From Mobula hypostoma (Eukaryota): 64,000 bases of DNA. The translations under genes and the position numbers were made by a program. Under the pieces are notes generated by a model. That model ran no database searches. It was not told the DNA's origin and was given only the letters and a program-made list of their open reading frames with translations. Positions 1 to 13,039 of the stretch are shown in pieces. Position 1 is the stretch's first letter; every line of letters begins with the position of its first letter. The stretch covers positions 41,294,001 to 41,358,000 of the forward strand of contig NC_086097.1 in NCBI RefSeq assembly GCF_963921235.1. Reading direction: 5' to 3'.

Positions 1-570
1 TGTTGGTGTCTGCTACCCTCAGCCTGCTGCCCCAGCATACAACAGCAAACATGATAGCACTGGCCACCACAGACTCGTAGAACATCCTCAGCATTGTCCG
101 ACAGATGTTAAAGGACCTCAGTCTCCTCAGGAAATAGAGACGGCTCTGACCCTTCTTGTAGACAGCCTCAGTGTTCTTTGACCAGTCCAGTTTATTGTCA
201 ATTCGTATCCCCAGGTATTTGTAATCCTCCACCATGTCCACACTGACCCCCTGGATGGAAACAGGGGCCACCGGTGCCTTAGCCCTCCTCAGGTCTACCA
301 CCAGCTCCTTAGTCTTTTTCACATTAAGTTGCAGATAATTCTGCTCACACCATGTGACAGTTTTCTACCACAGCCCTGTACTCAACATCATCTCGCTTGC
401 TGATGCATCCAACTATGGCAGAGTCATCAGAAAACTTCTGAAGATGGCAAGACTCTGTACAGTAGTTGAAGTCTAAGGTGTAAATGGTGAAGGGAAAGGG
501 AGACAAGACAGTCCCCTGTGGAGCTCCAGTGCTGCTGATCACTCTGTCGGACACACAATGTTGCAAGCAC
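1..570 (-). mobile_element. Rex1/Babar-clade LINE fragment (RT region), runs off the window start
   Basis: ORF 345..695 contains RT motifs GAPQGTVLSPF and LQKFSDDSAIVGCI; bases 1-340 closely match 59578-59910. Confidence 0.85.
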
Positions 571-2105
571 ATGTACAGTGCACTTTTGAACTCAAGACCC
601 TCCATTGTATATTTATATCTAATATTGCTACTTCCTATGTATAATATTTTACATTTACTTACTTTAAATTTCATCTGACATTTATTTGCCCACATCTGGA
701 TTTTGTTGAGATCTAACTATATTGATTCTGCTACCTGAATATTAGCAGCGCGTCCCACTAATTTTGTGTCATCTGCAAACTTTACTAATTTATTTGTGAT
801 GTATTTATCCAAATCATTAATGTAAATTAAAAACAGAAGCAGCCCCAAAACTGATTCCAGCAAAACGCATTTTTAACATCTTCCAGGTGTGAAAATAATC
901 CTCTCATCATAACTCGTTGTCTTCTGCTTTTGAGCGAATTCTGTACCCATTTTCACTCCTTTACCTGAATCCCTACCTCCTGTAATTTGATTAAAAACCT
1001 CTCATGAGGTCCCTTGTCAAAAACCTTCTGAAAGTCCAAGTAAGTGATATCAACCGCTCTACTGTTATCATGCCCTATTGTTATTTGCCTCTTCATCAAA
1101 CTTCAGCATATTGGTAAAACATGATTTCCCCTTTCTGGGCCCATATTGGCTTTCTGCTAACATGCCTGTTCTTATCTTCTGTTTTTCCATCTCATTCTTT
1201 ATTAATGTTTCCATTATCTTCCCTATGATTCACATTAAGCTTACAGGTCTATAGCTATCAGGGTCAGTGCAGATACCTTTCTTATACACCAGGACATTAG
1301 CCTATTTCCAGTCCTTAGGTATTTCACCAGTCTTCATTGACTTCTGAAAAATGCATATTGGAGGTTTGTATATATAATCACAGACCTCTTTAAGTACCCT
1401 TGGATATATGTTGTCTGGCCCTGGAGATTTATTAACTTTCAGCCTTTTCAACTGAAGCAGAACCCTCACCTTCTAAGTCACTTAAAACAACCTCTACCCT
1501 TACTGGCTTATTGCTAACACCTTTGCAAGTGAATACGTTAGCAAAATATGAGTTAAGAGTATCTGTCACGTCCTTATCTGCAAAACATATCACCCCACTA
1601 TTATTCCTAATACACTCAACTTTCTCCTTGACTTCTCTTTTACTACTAAAGTATTGAAAACATCTCTGGGGGTCAGTCTTAGCTTTATCAGTAATTTCTT
1701 TCTCAACCTGACTTTGGGAATCAAAATTTCTCTCTTGACTATAGATTTCATATTTTCATATGCCCCATGGTTATCATCATTACTATATTTTCTGTATTCT
1801 GTATGTAGCTGTGTTTTCTTCAGTAATTTTTATGTATACCTTTATTCATCCATGTAGTTCATCTATTGTTTTTACTGCTTTTGCCAACCTTGGGTATGAA
1901 CCTTTCCTGCACTGTGCGTATTACCTCTTTAAATCTTTCCCATTGTTCCTCAACTGATTCAACATCAAGCAGTTCCTTACGGTTTAACTTCTGAAGTCTT
2001 TGCCAAATCCGCACAAACTTTGCCCTTCTGATGTTCAATTTAATGGTTTTGGTTTTTACAGCTAAATTCTCCTATAATATTTGAGACTAACAATCTTATG
2101 ATCGC
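571..2105 (-). mobile_element. Old CR1-clade LINE fragment (RT)
   Basis: Minus-strand remnants WANKCQMKFKVSKCKILYIG, VDITYLDFQKVFDK (~1015-1055) and YKKG...YRPVSL (~1235-1290). Confidence 0.75.
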
Positions 2106-2109
2106 GTAA

Positions 2110-3514
2110 ATGTTCTTAGTTGGATAGCTGCAGGCTTCAGTTCAGTATCCTTGCAATGTTGTTCAAACTCATTTTGTGGATAGACTGAAACCACCTAGCT
2201 ACTGTACTATCCAGTTTTAATTAATTTGCTGTTCACTTTTGATGCAAACCTTATCGCTTATCAATTGTTAGTTTTCACATTGTAAATCCCAAGGCTATGC
2301 AGTTCTATGTCACTGTCATCATTGTTAGATTTTTACATCAATAGCATGCCAGTTAGTGCTCTTTTCAAATCTACAACTTGACTTCTTATCTTTTTCTCTT
2401 CCCTATGCAGTCTATTTATTTTGATCTGGCTGACATGCTCTTTGTACGTGTCCTACTTCTCGCAACTTCGCCTTTAAATCCGCTTTGGTTTGATGTATGT
2501 GAGCCTCTGCCACAACAGTAACACAATTTGTTTGGCTTTCATTCCTGACCACAACTCAATTCACATCTCTCTCTGCTGTTTCCATTGATACAGTGATTTC
2601 AGCTGCTCTTTTCAATGTGAGTTATGCTTCAGTTAAACGCTCTCTCAGTGCATTATTAAGCTTATTACCAAACTGACAATGCTCAGACAATTTTTTCAAG
2701 TGAGTCACGTACACTAAAATGGACTCCCCTTACCTTTGATTTTGCTTATATAACCTAATGCATTCAGCAATCAACTTTTGGCTCTAAGTGTTCCTGCAAT
2801 ACTTTCTGAATATCAGCAATGTTCATTTTGGCTGGTTTAGTTGGAGCAGTTAAACTTGTAATCAAATTGAAGGCCTTTCCATCCAATGCACAAATCTGGC
2901 ACTCATTTATAATTGGCTATTTCATTTGCTTCAAAGTATTGCTCATTTACCTTAGTAAACAAAATCCAGTTATCTTTTGTCCAGTCGAACACAGCTATCT
3001 TTCTGAAGTAGCCACGCATTTCTGCTTCTTTTCTTTCATTTATGATTATTGTCACCTGGTGCTCATTGTTTATGAACCTGTGAATTTGTCTTTGTTCTGC
3101 CTTTTTAAAATTCAGCTGTCTTTCTCTTCCTTTTGTGAAGAAACAAACATTTTGAGCTTTTTTTGAACTCAAATGGCTCACTGTACTTGAAAACGTAGGT
3201 ACTTATCTTGGGTTTGTTTTAAAACTTGCTCATCACCACTGTTATGTTTTGTAACTCCAAAATATAAAACTAATCGAATGAAAAACACAGAGCTGGGGTA
3301 ACTTGTCCACTCTTTGTTTTTACTTTTAATGAGGTGTGTGCTTACAATGTGGTGGTGTAATGACACATACGTATGACATGATGGTGTAATGTTGTATGCC
3401 ATTCACATGCTTTTACAGATGACCAATAATGAATTATGTAAAAAAAAGTATACTTAATCAAATAATATATTAATAATATTACTCAAATAATACTGAAATA
3501 TTAAATACACAGCA
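2110..3514 (-). mobile_element. Degraded Gypsy LTR retrotransposon: 5' LTR, PBS, gag and start of protease
   Basis: ORF 2903..3181 ends in a gag N-terminus (FDWTKDNW...EQYFEANEI). LTAPTKP...LQEHLEPK and KKLSEHCQFGNKLNNALRER (2640-2860) parallel the gag at 56084-56884. A zinc-knuckle remnant CYCCGRGSH lies at ~2500. Confidence 0.8.
3240..3514 (-). repeat. 5' LTR of the degraded Gypsy element
   Basis: TG...CA ends (minus strand TGCTGTGTATTT...CATAACA), directly followed by PBS-like GTGGTGATGAG. Confidence 0.65.
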
Positions 3515-4049
3515 GAGGCCTCTTGACAGGTGGTCATGCAAGATGCCAGAAGAAAAGATTCAATATAGTATCTTTCACAAGCTAGGGCATCACAAAAAGG
3601 CATGTATTTATAGAGTGACTTCAGACTACCCAGCAGACTTTGTAGCTCATTAAATGCATTCCAACTGGAGTTACTGTTGTAATGGAGCGGGAGGATAAGA
3701 ATACAGGAAAGTACAGGAAAACAGTAGAAGCCCGGGAATCCTGCAGAGCATGGAAGTGTCAGGCAGGTAAGTGTGTGTTCAGAGCTGTAGAAATAGACTT
3801 AACCAAAGGTGTTAATTACTACAGAGGGACTTGATTTCATATAAATTGCAATGTTCAGCCAGGGGTGGTCTGACAATTTTAGGAATGCTGAAAAGTTTTG
3901 AGGGCGGAATGTCTAATTGAAGACTTGTGCTCTCTGATATAGAACAATCTTTCTTTAGTGTTAGTGCTCAATGCCTGCCCAGGTAGAACATAACCAGATT
4001 TAGTGATGTCAAGGTGTAGTATTAGGACAAACATTAAGAAAAAAAACCT

Positions 4050-4425
4050 TAAAAGATACCTTTCACCGTCACAGGATGTTCCAAATGCTTTACGCAATCA
4101 AAATAGTTAAAATATATTTGCTGTAAGAAACACGACTCTCAATTTGAGCTAATTCAAGCAAGACACACAATGTTAAAGGGACAAGATAACATTTCCAGTA
4201 TTATTGGTTAAGAGCAGCAGGGAGAGCTACTTAAATTACTGATAAGTAGTGTTGAAGGTCCATTTACAGCCATTTAATAAGGGAAACAGGACCTTGGAGT
4301 CATGATTGATCAGAAAGAAATGTTATCCAAAGAGCAGTGCTCCCGTAGTCGTCCACTGCAACAGCAACTTGGATTTTCCACTCACGTCTCTTAAGAAAGG
4401 TTTGAACCTCTTGCATTCTGAATCA
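4050..4425 (-). mobile_element. Ancient Deu-domain (SacSINE1/AmnSINE-like) SINE remnant
   Basis: Degenerate match to recalled DeuSINE segments (gagcagtgctccc...ttgaacc...ttctga; caggatgttccaaatgctttac). Confidence 0.5.
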
Positions 4426-4484
4426 TCACATCATTTCTGATTACAGAATTTCTGTGGTTTCATTGTGTGTATTTTTTGGAAGAC

Positions 4485-5105
4485 TCTGAGGATCAAGTTT
4501 CACTGGCTTTGTGGGTTCTGAGCTACTGTTGAGGCCAATGTGTGAAATACAACCTCTTCTACACTTGGGACATGCTGGTGGCTAGTTAGTGCTGTGGTAG
4601 TTAGTCCTGCTGAAGGATCTCGGCCCAAAACCTTGACTGTTTACTCTTTTCCATTGATGCTGCCTGGACTGCTGAGTTCCTCGAGCATTTTGTGTGCGTT
4701 TCTTGGATTTCCAGCAGCTGCAGATTTTCTCTTGTTAGTGATGTGGTGGGTTCTTTCTGTTGTTTCTCTCATCTTCTGTTTTCTTCCAATGCATGGGCTC
4801 AGGGTTTTCAATGCCAACCCAGATGCTACTTTGCCACTTAGGGTTGTTTGGGTCAGGGATTCCTCAGACTCTCTGGAGATTTTGTTCAAGGAGGCTTTGA
4901 GCATCTTCTTGAGTAATTCCCTCTGTTCATTAGGGAATCACTTCCGATGACAGTTTAGAATTAGTACATCTGCTTGGTGGTCTGTTATTGGGCATTTGTG
5001 CAACGTAGCCTGAGCAACAGGCTAACTCAACAGTGTAACTCACTTTTCAGTGCCTGGGTGTTGCCTCAGGATAGGACACTGACACTGATTCTTTTTATTT
5101 GCTTG
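4485..5105 (-). mobile_element. RTE-clade LINE 3' fragment, interrupted by a Penelope tail
   Basis: Minus-strand KMLKASLNK and a decayed RTE C-terminal region at 4880-5100. Confidence 0.55.
4599..4733 (+). mobile_element. Penelope terminal-repeat fragment with decayed hammerhead motif and 14-bp TSD
   Basis: gtcctgctgaaggatctcggcccaaaacc...gatgctgcctggactgctgagttcc; TSD gttagtg(c/a)tgtggt at 4585-4598 and 4734-4747. Confidence 0.75.
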
Positions 5106-5799
5106 GATAAAGGCTATCTTCATCACTACTCAATGCTATCCATCCATCCATCATCTTAGACATTCTGTATTATGTCCCATATGTAATATGTGACAACCGT
5201 AACACCACTTGCAAAAACTGGGACTTGAAAATGAACAAAATGTATGCAGTTACCTGCACCTTTTAAGATTATCTCAATCCCAAAGTGGAAACATACCTGT
5301 GCTCCTCTGTTATAATCAAATCAGAATCCTGGACCTCAGGCCAAGGAGCACTTTGGAAATTCCTTCAATACATGCATTTTTATAGTTCAGGGCAACAGGT
5401 AATACTCCCAGAGACTAGCCTTACCTTAAAGGATTTTCCCAAACATCACTCTGAAATCTTCCCTCTCCTCCATTCCCTCTCTCTCTCTCAGACCACTTTT
5501 CTACCAGGATTGCTGAGCCTACCCACCCTTCATCCTGAAAATAGCCCTTAACTTGATCCCTGTCCATTTTCCTCCTGACCATGCGTCCAACGGCAGCAAC
5601 TATGTCCAATCCCTCCCTGACTTCAGTTTCTGCCTGACAGCTCTCCAGGTCAGCAAGGAGGAATACTTGATAATGAGATTCCACCCTTCCCGCGAAATTA
5701 TGTTCCCCTTTATCGCCATCTCAAAAAATCCCACTTCCTTTAGTAAGTCCTTAATGGGGACTAAAACTAGAGCAGGGCTGGAGCTTTGCAGCATGGCCA

Positions 5800-6560
5800 C
5801 AGACCCTACCCCCGCCCCCCCCCGATACCAAAAAACACGTATGCTCAGGTCCCTTATTTAACCTGCCTCAGTGCACTGGACTTTAGGACCTGGCGGCGCA
5901 CCAAACCTACGCACATCCTCCCGTATACTTTAAATCGCCTCCAGATTACTTATACTACCTAATACAACGTAAATGCAATGTAAATAGTCATTGTACTGTA
6001 TTGTTTAGGGAATAATGACAAGAAAACATTTATTTCCAACAAAAACATTCAATAAAACATAAAAATCTACAGCTTCAAACAAACCCAATCAAACACATGG
6101 TAAATGACTTATTGGAATAAATGTAGAACGTCACTGTAAAACTCCAGTAACTTGTCTTTCTGTTTATTTAAATCATATACAGTGGTAGTTCCGACACTAT
6201 TTTCTTCAGTAAGACGCCGCACAGACACACCACTATTAAGCTTCTGCAGTAACTCCACTTTCTGCGTTATTGATAGAGAAGATTCCTTCTCTTTTTCTCA
6301 TTGTTACCCATAGGGGTATCTGCAGCTCTTTTTGACATTTTCACTGTGAAATTAAACATAAAGTCAACAGTGAACACAAAATATCAGCGAACAGCAAATG
6401 CACATGTAACTAGTACAAGCGCTGAGCCACAATTGATGTCTGCTGGCCTCTGGTAGTGCTGCCACCATCACACCTGAGTGACATCAGCTGTTGGCAAAAA
6501 AAACTTCGGTTTTCAGAGCTTTTTGGATTTCAGAATTTCGGATAATGGAACGTGCACCTG
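5800..6560 (-). mobile_element. TcMar-Tigger (pogo-like) internally deleted DNA transposon
   Basis: TIR-like end ...ttcggataatggaacgtgcacctg followed by TA (6561-6562); transposase N-terminus at 6130-6338; 5824-6026 resembles recalled MER2 sequence; no matching left TIR seen. Confidence 0.75.
6130..6338 (-). pseudogene. Tigger/Jerky-like transposase N-terminal CENP-B-type HTH remnant (frameshifted)
   Basis: Manual translation MSKRAADTPMGNNEKKRR/LSITQKVELLQKLNSGVSVRRLTEENSVGTTTVYDLNKQKDKLLEFYSD. Confidence 0.75.
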
Positions 6561-7439
6561 TAGTTGTGTCGCAGGTGGAATAGTGTAACCGATTCTTCAT
6601 ACCCCATTTTAGGATGGATATTAAAGGTATCTCAGAAGACTAATTGGTATGATATTAGGAAGTGTATAGTCATGAAGTGCTTTTTTTAAACTGGATTTTC
6701 TTAACTGCAATAGAAACCTAATAGGAACCTTCAGAATTATGAGGGATTTTAAACAATGAAATTCTTCATTCAGTCATTGCTGAATCAGGAACAAAGAAGC
6801 ATGAGATCAGAATTATCAACAGAAGAATGAAGGAGATTGTTAGTTTCTGTTCTCCTCAGGATTTCCAGAATGTGGAGCTCTCTATCAAAAGTTACTGCTG
6901 AGGCAGTGATGACTATAGTGTACTTATTCTTGTAGTGGTACCATAGATTATAATTTAAATTCACTTGGATGTGGAGCATCAAAGTTGTCTTTATTGTGAA
7001 AGTTGTCTAAACGAAACCGAATTTTTGTATAATTTTGCCATGTTAACCAAATGACATGGCCTGTTAAAATAATACTGAACTCACTAACCTAATAATGATC
7101 TTTACACATTATGCTGAAGTAGAGTTCTGCTCAGGTATAAACTGAACTATGACCAGTCTGAAGCTGTCCTAAGACCAAGGACTTGAAATGTTTTAAATAC
7201 ATAACCCCAGCCAACCCAAACTCCACATATATTGTTCAGTCATGTTAGGCTTTTATAGCTATTCACTGAATTTGAGAACGACCCTGGTTCTAGTCATCCC
7301 AGTCAGGGGAAAACATCAACCCTGCATCTACCCTGTCAAACACCATAATGATTTTATATATTCCTTGTTGAAACTTCCTTTGGCTCTCACATAACCAGAT
7401 TCTGATGAAGCAGACATAGTCATAAAATGCTTTCATATT

Positions 7440-7716
7440 TGCATTTTGGGGTGGCTGAATCACTCTTGTTTATTCATGTTCACTTTTACTTGCCACTCAG
7501 AGAATTAGATTCAGTTGCCACTTTTAAATGCCAATTCAAAACCTATTTATTTAATCTTGCTTTTAACTACTATCTTTTTGTCTTTTATTTTCATGGTTTC
7601 GTGTTTATATTTATTTTTATTTTTTATTTTATTTTCATATTTGTATTTTATCCCCTTGTGAAGTACTTTGAACTACATTATTTGTCTGAAAAATGCTCTA
7701 TAAATAATAATAATAT
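7440..7716 (+). mobile_element. L2-like LINE 3' end
   Basis: LPLRELDSVATFKCQFKTYLFNLAF C-terminus, then gtgaagtactttga...tgctctataaataataataat tail. Confidence 0.55.
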
Positions 7717-7959
7717 TCTGCCTCATAGTGTCTGATCCAAGAGCATTCCGAAATTGCTATGTGTCAGTAATTTTCTCAAATTCACAATGCTGTTGGTGAT
7801 TATCCCATTTTAAAACAGATTATGTGTACTAATTAAGTATTAATTAAGTACTATTTAAGTATTTTAAATGATGCTGGACTGAAATGTGAGTTCAAATTTT
7901 CAACTCAACTTATAAGATGGGATATTAACCGCACCAGCTGCTGCCAGAGGTGTTAAAAG

Positions 7960-9000
7960 CTAAAGGGTTGAAGATTACTGGTAGGCCAGAGATTTAGGAA
8001 GTGTCTAGAAACCTGCAAAAGGTGACTAATAGAAAAATGAGAGAAGATAAACTAACAAATAACACAAAAGTGGCAGCAAGAACTCCAACTGGTTTATAAA
8101 TAGTGAAGAGATAGGCAAGTCTGGTCCTCCAAGGGACCTACATTGACTTTAGCTAGACTAAGTGATCAGTAATGGGAAAGAGAGAAAGGGCAGAAGTTTT
8201 ATGTAATTATTTTGTATCAGTCTTCAAGGTAGAAGTCTCTTAAAATCTCCCCAGTAAATTAGATAATCATGGGTTATAGGAAGTGAGGAATATAAAACAA
8301 TCTCCATTACTAAAAAAAAAGTGCTAGGAAAACTGATGGGGACAGAGGCAATAAGTCCCCAGAACCTGAAGACATGCACCCTAGCGTCCTATAGGAAGTG
8401 CCTGCAGATATAGTAACTCGACTGATCATAAACTATCAACATTCCTTGGGTTCTGGAGAGTCCCAGAGGTCTGGAAAACCATTCCAGAAAAGGGTAACAC
8501 AAACAGCAGAACACCGGTCATTGGGAAAATGTTGGAATCCATTATAAGACAAGAAGACAGGAGAAGAATTAGGCCATTTGGCACATTGAGTCTGCTCTGC
8601 CATTTCATCGTGGCCAATCCAAATTTCCTCTCAGCCCCAGTCTCCTGCCTTCTCCCCATATTCCTTCATGCCCTGACCAATCAAAAATCTATCAACCTCT
8701 GCCTTAAATATACAGAAAGATTTAGCCTCCACAGCTGCCTGTGACAAAGAATTCCACAGATTCACCCCTCTTATAAAGCAGTTTGGAGAATGCACGGTTC
8801 AGAAAAATTACAAGAACATCAATTTGAATCAAGTTAGTTATATAAAATCGGAACTATTTCACAGATTTGATAGAAATTATTAATGATGTAACATCAGGGT
8901 GGATAAAGGTGAACTGATAGCTTTAGTGTATTTAAATTTCCAGAAGTTACTTGGTAAGGAGCCACACTAAAGGTTGGCTTACACTTACAGCATTGTGTAA
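7960..9000 (+). mobile_element. Old CR1 fragment with a nested opposite-strand CR1 3' end (~8548-8770)
   Basis: Remnants KSPEPEDMHPSVL, VPEVWK and VIGKMLESII; the nested piece has a CR1 tail (acaagaagacaggagaagaattaggcc...gaattccacagattcac). Confidence 0.65.
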
Positions 9001-10849
9001 ACCACATCCAACACAGTGTGAGTTTCATTTGCTCGTGGATCATCTTTGTGATTGTTTTTATCATTAGCCCTGAAGAAGGTAAACTCAAAATGCTTATTGT
9101 GTTCGATCATATTTACTAATTTTCTCACTGCATTCCATTTGTACTATTTCTGCCTTCTCAGGTTAAGTCCATATTAAACATAAACTTCATTGTTTCAGCA
9201 TTGAGGAATTTGCCCTTGTGTTTTACCACATTTTCTTTAAGTCCCGATTCACCAGTCTCATTCTGCAATACAAGCTCTCATAGTATGGATCCCATCCTCA
9301 TCGCCAGTATAGAGAGCACATCCTTAAGGAGGGCATCAGCCCTCTAAACTGAACTGAAGTTTATAGAGTATTATTGATTTAATCATGTGTCTCAGCTTCC
9401 CAAGGTAATAGCAACTCACGCATCAACTAGTATATAAGAGCTGTAGCTTATGACTACATACACTATAAACACTGAATACATAGTACAGAAGCAACTTGAT
9501 AAGTAGTATAAAGCCATGCAGAGAAAGGGCAAGGAAAAGGAATTGAAATGAGAGCAGTCCGATTTTGAACACAAACATCTGCTTGATATTCTGTTGAACA
9601 TATGATGAGCCTCACGAAACCAGCAACGTTGGGTAACTTGAGCTGTGGCTCTGTTGAACTATCCCTGATATTAGATAGCATGTGGGGGGATTCTGATGGA
9701 CTAATTAGATCCCTCTGCCAAAACAACATTTGAAATGTAGCCCATGTTGATTTTCACATGTGATTTGCTCCTTGAAAATGTTGCAGAGATTAATCAGGAG
9801 AAATGTGTTGGACCTGGTGGAATACGTGGAGGAAATGTAATCCCAGTACTTGCTGAGTGAATGGCCCATTCCTGTAGTAAGCATGCAGTTAAAATGAAGT
9901 TAAAATTTAAGTGCAGTTCTCTGATTTCACATCATCAAAAGCTAATTTTAGGACTGCATGCAGTTTCCTGCAGTAACATCAAGATATCTGTCACAGGCGT
10001 GACTTGAATAATGCATTGCCAGAGCATTAATGAGCGTTATCAGCTTGGTTGTTTGGGGAACTGCTCAATGGTCTATGATGGATTTGATAACTTAACTCAT
10101 TCATATTCTGCAGTAGCCAACTGGTTTTATTTTTATTCCTCAGTATGTCTCTTGTTTGCATAGGTGTCATCACAGTTACCTTCTCCTTCAGCCTAAGCTA
10201 ACATTTTGATTTGAGCTCTGCTGGACCAGCCTGTCCTTGGAGTTGCCAGCCACCCTTGGCAGGCACTCTAACTTTTAGATCCACCTGCTTTCCTGTGACC
10301 TTGAAGCCTCACTGCTCGGCTGGTTAAACGGGCCTGCCTGCAACTGGCTGCAGAGACATTTAAAAATAGTTGGGAAAAAAATTAAAGATTATTATTATCT
10401 TTTTAAATCACATAGCAATGAACTGCTGCAAATCAATTTTAACCTTAAACTGTTGAAGATAAAACAAAAATCTGCTCCCATTTCTCTTGTTACTGGTAAT
10501 TTTAATGAAGGACAAATTGATTCCGATAAGTGGGATAGCAGTGGATGTGCCAGTTTACTTCACATAAAACTGAAGATCCAGGTGTGATGTTCCTCAGGGG
10601 CCTTGGCTCAGCTCATTACAGAATGTCTCTTGACCCAAAGTAAAATCCAGGGTTAGCATGAGAAAACAATTTTATCTGCGTCTGACCTCCGGCATATCCA
10701 TAGCAGAAGAAACTAACTGGGGTCAAGCCTGCTATAATATTCAATACAATGGTGGATGATGCTCCATTTCAAAACCACATTCTTTATGTTCTTTCCTCTC
10801 CCTCACCCTCACCCTCTCACCTTCCCTCCCCTGATAGCTCTGTGTTTGA

Positions 10850-12116
10850 AATCTATCAGCCTCCTTTATAAATACATTCAGAGACTTTGCCTCCACAGCC
10901 GCTGATAGTGGAGAGTTTTATACGTTGAGTGTTGAAATCCCTCCACATCTCAGATCTAAAGGTTTTTGCCTGAATGGAGAGATGGTGACCATAAGAACAT
11001 AAGAAATAGGAGCAGGAGTAGGCCATCCGGCCCATCAAGCCTGCCCCGCCATTCAATAGGATCATGGTTGATCTGTCTGTAAACTCAGCTCCATCTACCT
11101 GCCTTTTCCCCATAATCCTTAATTCCCTTACTATGTAGAAACCTATCTAACTGTTTCTTAAATATATTTAGGGAGGAAGCCTCAACTGCTTCCCTGGGCA
11201 AGAGAATTCCACAGATTCACCAGTCTCTGGGAAAAGCAGTTTCTCCTCATCTCCGTTCTAAACCTTCTCCCTGAATCTTGAGGCAATGTCCCCTCATTCT
11301 AGTCTCATCTACCAATGGAAACAACTTTCCTATTCAATCTTAACTGTCCCTTTCAAAATTTTGTATATTTCTATAAGATCCTCTCTCATTTCTTCTGAAA
11401 TCCAAAGAGTATAGTCCCAGGTGACTCATTCGCTCCTCATAGGTTAACTTTTGTCCCTGGAATCAACCTAGTCAACCTCTTCTGCACTACCTCCAAAGCC
11501 AGTATATCCTTCCACAAGTATGGAGACCAGAACTGCACACAATACTCCAGGTGCGGCCTCACCAGTACCCTGTACCCTCTAGCAATAAAGGCCAACATTC
11601 TTTTTGCCTTCTTAATAACCTGTTATACCTGCAAGCCAACTTTTTGCGATTCATGCACAAGCGCTCCCAAGTCCCTCTGCACAACAGCATGCTGCAATCT
11701 TTCACCATTTAAATAATAATCTGCTCTTCTATTATTCTTTCCAAAGTGGATGATCTCGCATTTACCAACATTGTATTCCATCTGCCAGACCTTGGCCCAC
11801 TCACTTAACCTATCTATATCCCTCTGCAGACTCTCCACATCATCTGTACAATTTGCTATTCCACTCAGTTTAGTGGCATCAGCGAATTTTGCTATGCTAC
11901 ACTCAGTCCCCTCTTCCAAATCATCAATGTAAATGGTAAACAGCTGCGGGCCCAGCACCGACCCCTGCGGCACCCCACTCACCACTGACTGCCAACTGGA
12001 GAAACACCCATTTATACCAACTGTCTGCCTTCTATCGATTAACCAATCCGCTATCCATGCCAATACACTTCCTCCGACTCCATGCATCCGTATCTTATTT
12101 ACAGTCTCTTGTGCGG
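10850..12116 (-). mobile_element. CR1 LINE 3' part (younger copy 10991-12116 beside an older 3' fragment)
   Basis: ORF 11623..12087: SGVPQGSVLGPQLFTIYIDDL, AKFADATKLSG, WQMEYNVGKC; ataagaacataagaa tail. Confidence 0.9.
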
Positions 12117-13030
12117 CAAGAGACCCTTCCTTACAAACACCCCACCCAAACGAAAAATCCTCTCTGTACCCTGTTGTGATTCAGACAGCATAATGATACA
12201 ACTCCCTCTGTGATTCTCTTGTCCATTCGTCCCTCCCCACTAATTTCCCTCCTGGCACTTGCTTAACCTTGCAAGAGGACAAAGTACTGCACCTGCCCAT
12301 TCACCTCCTCCCTCACCTCTATTCAGGGCCCCAAACAGTCCTTCCAGGAGAGGTAGCACTTCACCTGTGAACCTGTTGGGGTCGTCTATTGTATCCAGTG
12401 ATCCCGATGTGATCCTCTACATTGATGAGGCCCGTGTTAAATGGGGGGGGGGGGGAATCACTCTTTCGAGCACCTTCGCTCCATCCGTCAAAAGCAGAAT
12501 TTCCCAGTGGCCATTCCTGTTTTAACGTATTGGGCCATGACCTCCTCTTGTGGCACAATGAGGCCACTTTCAGGGTGGAGGACTTACATCATATATTCCA
12601 TTTGGGTAGCCTCCAACCTTCTGACATGAACATCAACTTTTCCTTAATGTAAACATTTTTCCCTCCCCCCTTCCTCCTTCTATTCACCTCTTTGGCCTCT
12701 CAGCTCTTCTCACCTGCTTATCACCTGCCCCTGGTGCCCCTCATTCTTTGCTTTCTGCCATTGTCTACTGTCTTCTCCAATCGCATTCCTTCATTTCTAA
12801 TCCTTTACCTTGCCCACCTGCCTGGTTTCACCTATCTCCTTCGAGCTAGTACTCCTTCCCCTCCCCTCCCCATCTTTTCATTCTGGCTTCTTCCTGTTTG
12901 CTTCCCAGTCCTGAAGAAGGGTCTCTGCATTCCATGAACTGTTTATTCATTTCTATATTTGCTGCCTGACCTGCTGAATTTTGTGTGTGTTGCTTTGAAT
13001 TTCCAGCATCTGCAGAATTTCATGTGCTAA
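12117..13030 (+). mobile_element. Decayed Penelope-like element 3' part (GIY-YIG remnant plus terminal repeat)
   Basis: Colinear with 53527-54438 (attcagggccccaaacagtccttccag...gggtagcctccaacc...catgaacatc); decayed hammerhead at 12906. Confidence 0.8.
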
Positions 13031-13039
13031 TGATACAAC

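Noticed and set aside
1..345. Segmental duplication with 59578-59910
   Set aside because: Similarity is confined to the Rex1 element, so these are independent copies of one family
5285..5800. Very old Penelope RT remnant or host exon
   Set aside because: Only faint motif echoes (tatgtccaatccctc; atggggact), not enough to support either call
9416..9729. Hydrophobic minus-strand ORFs ending at a GTGAGT donor
   Set aside because: The pyrimidine tract is not followed by AG, the peptide is unrecognisable, and hydrophobicity follows from T-richness
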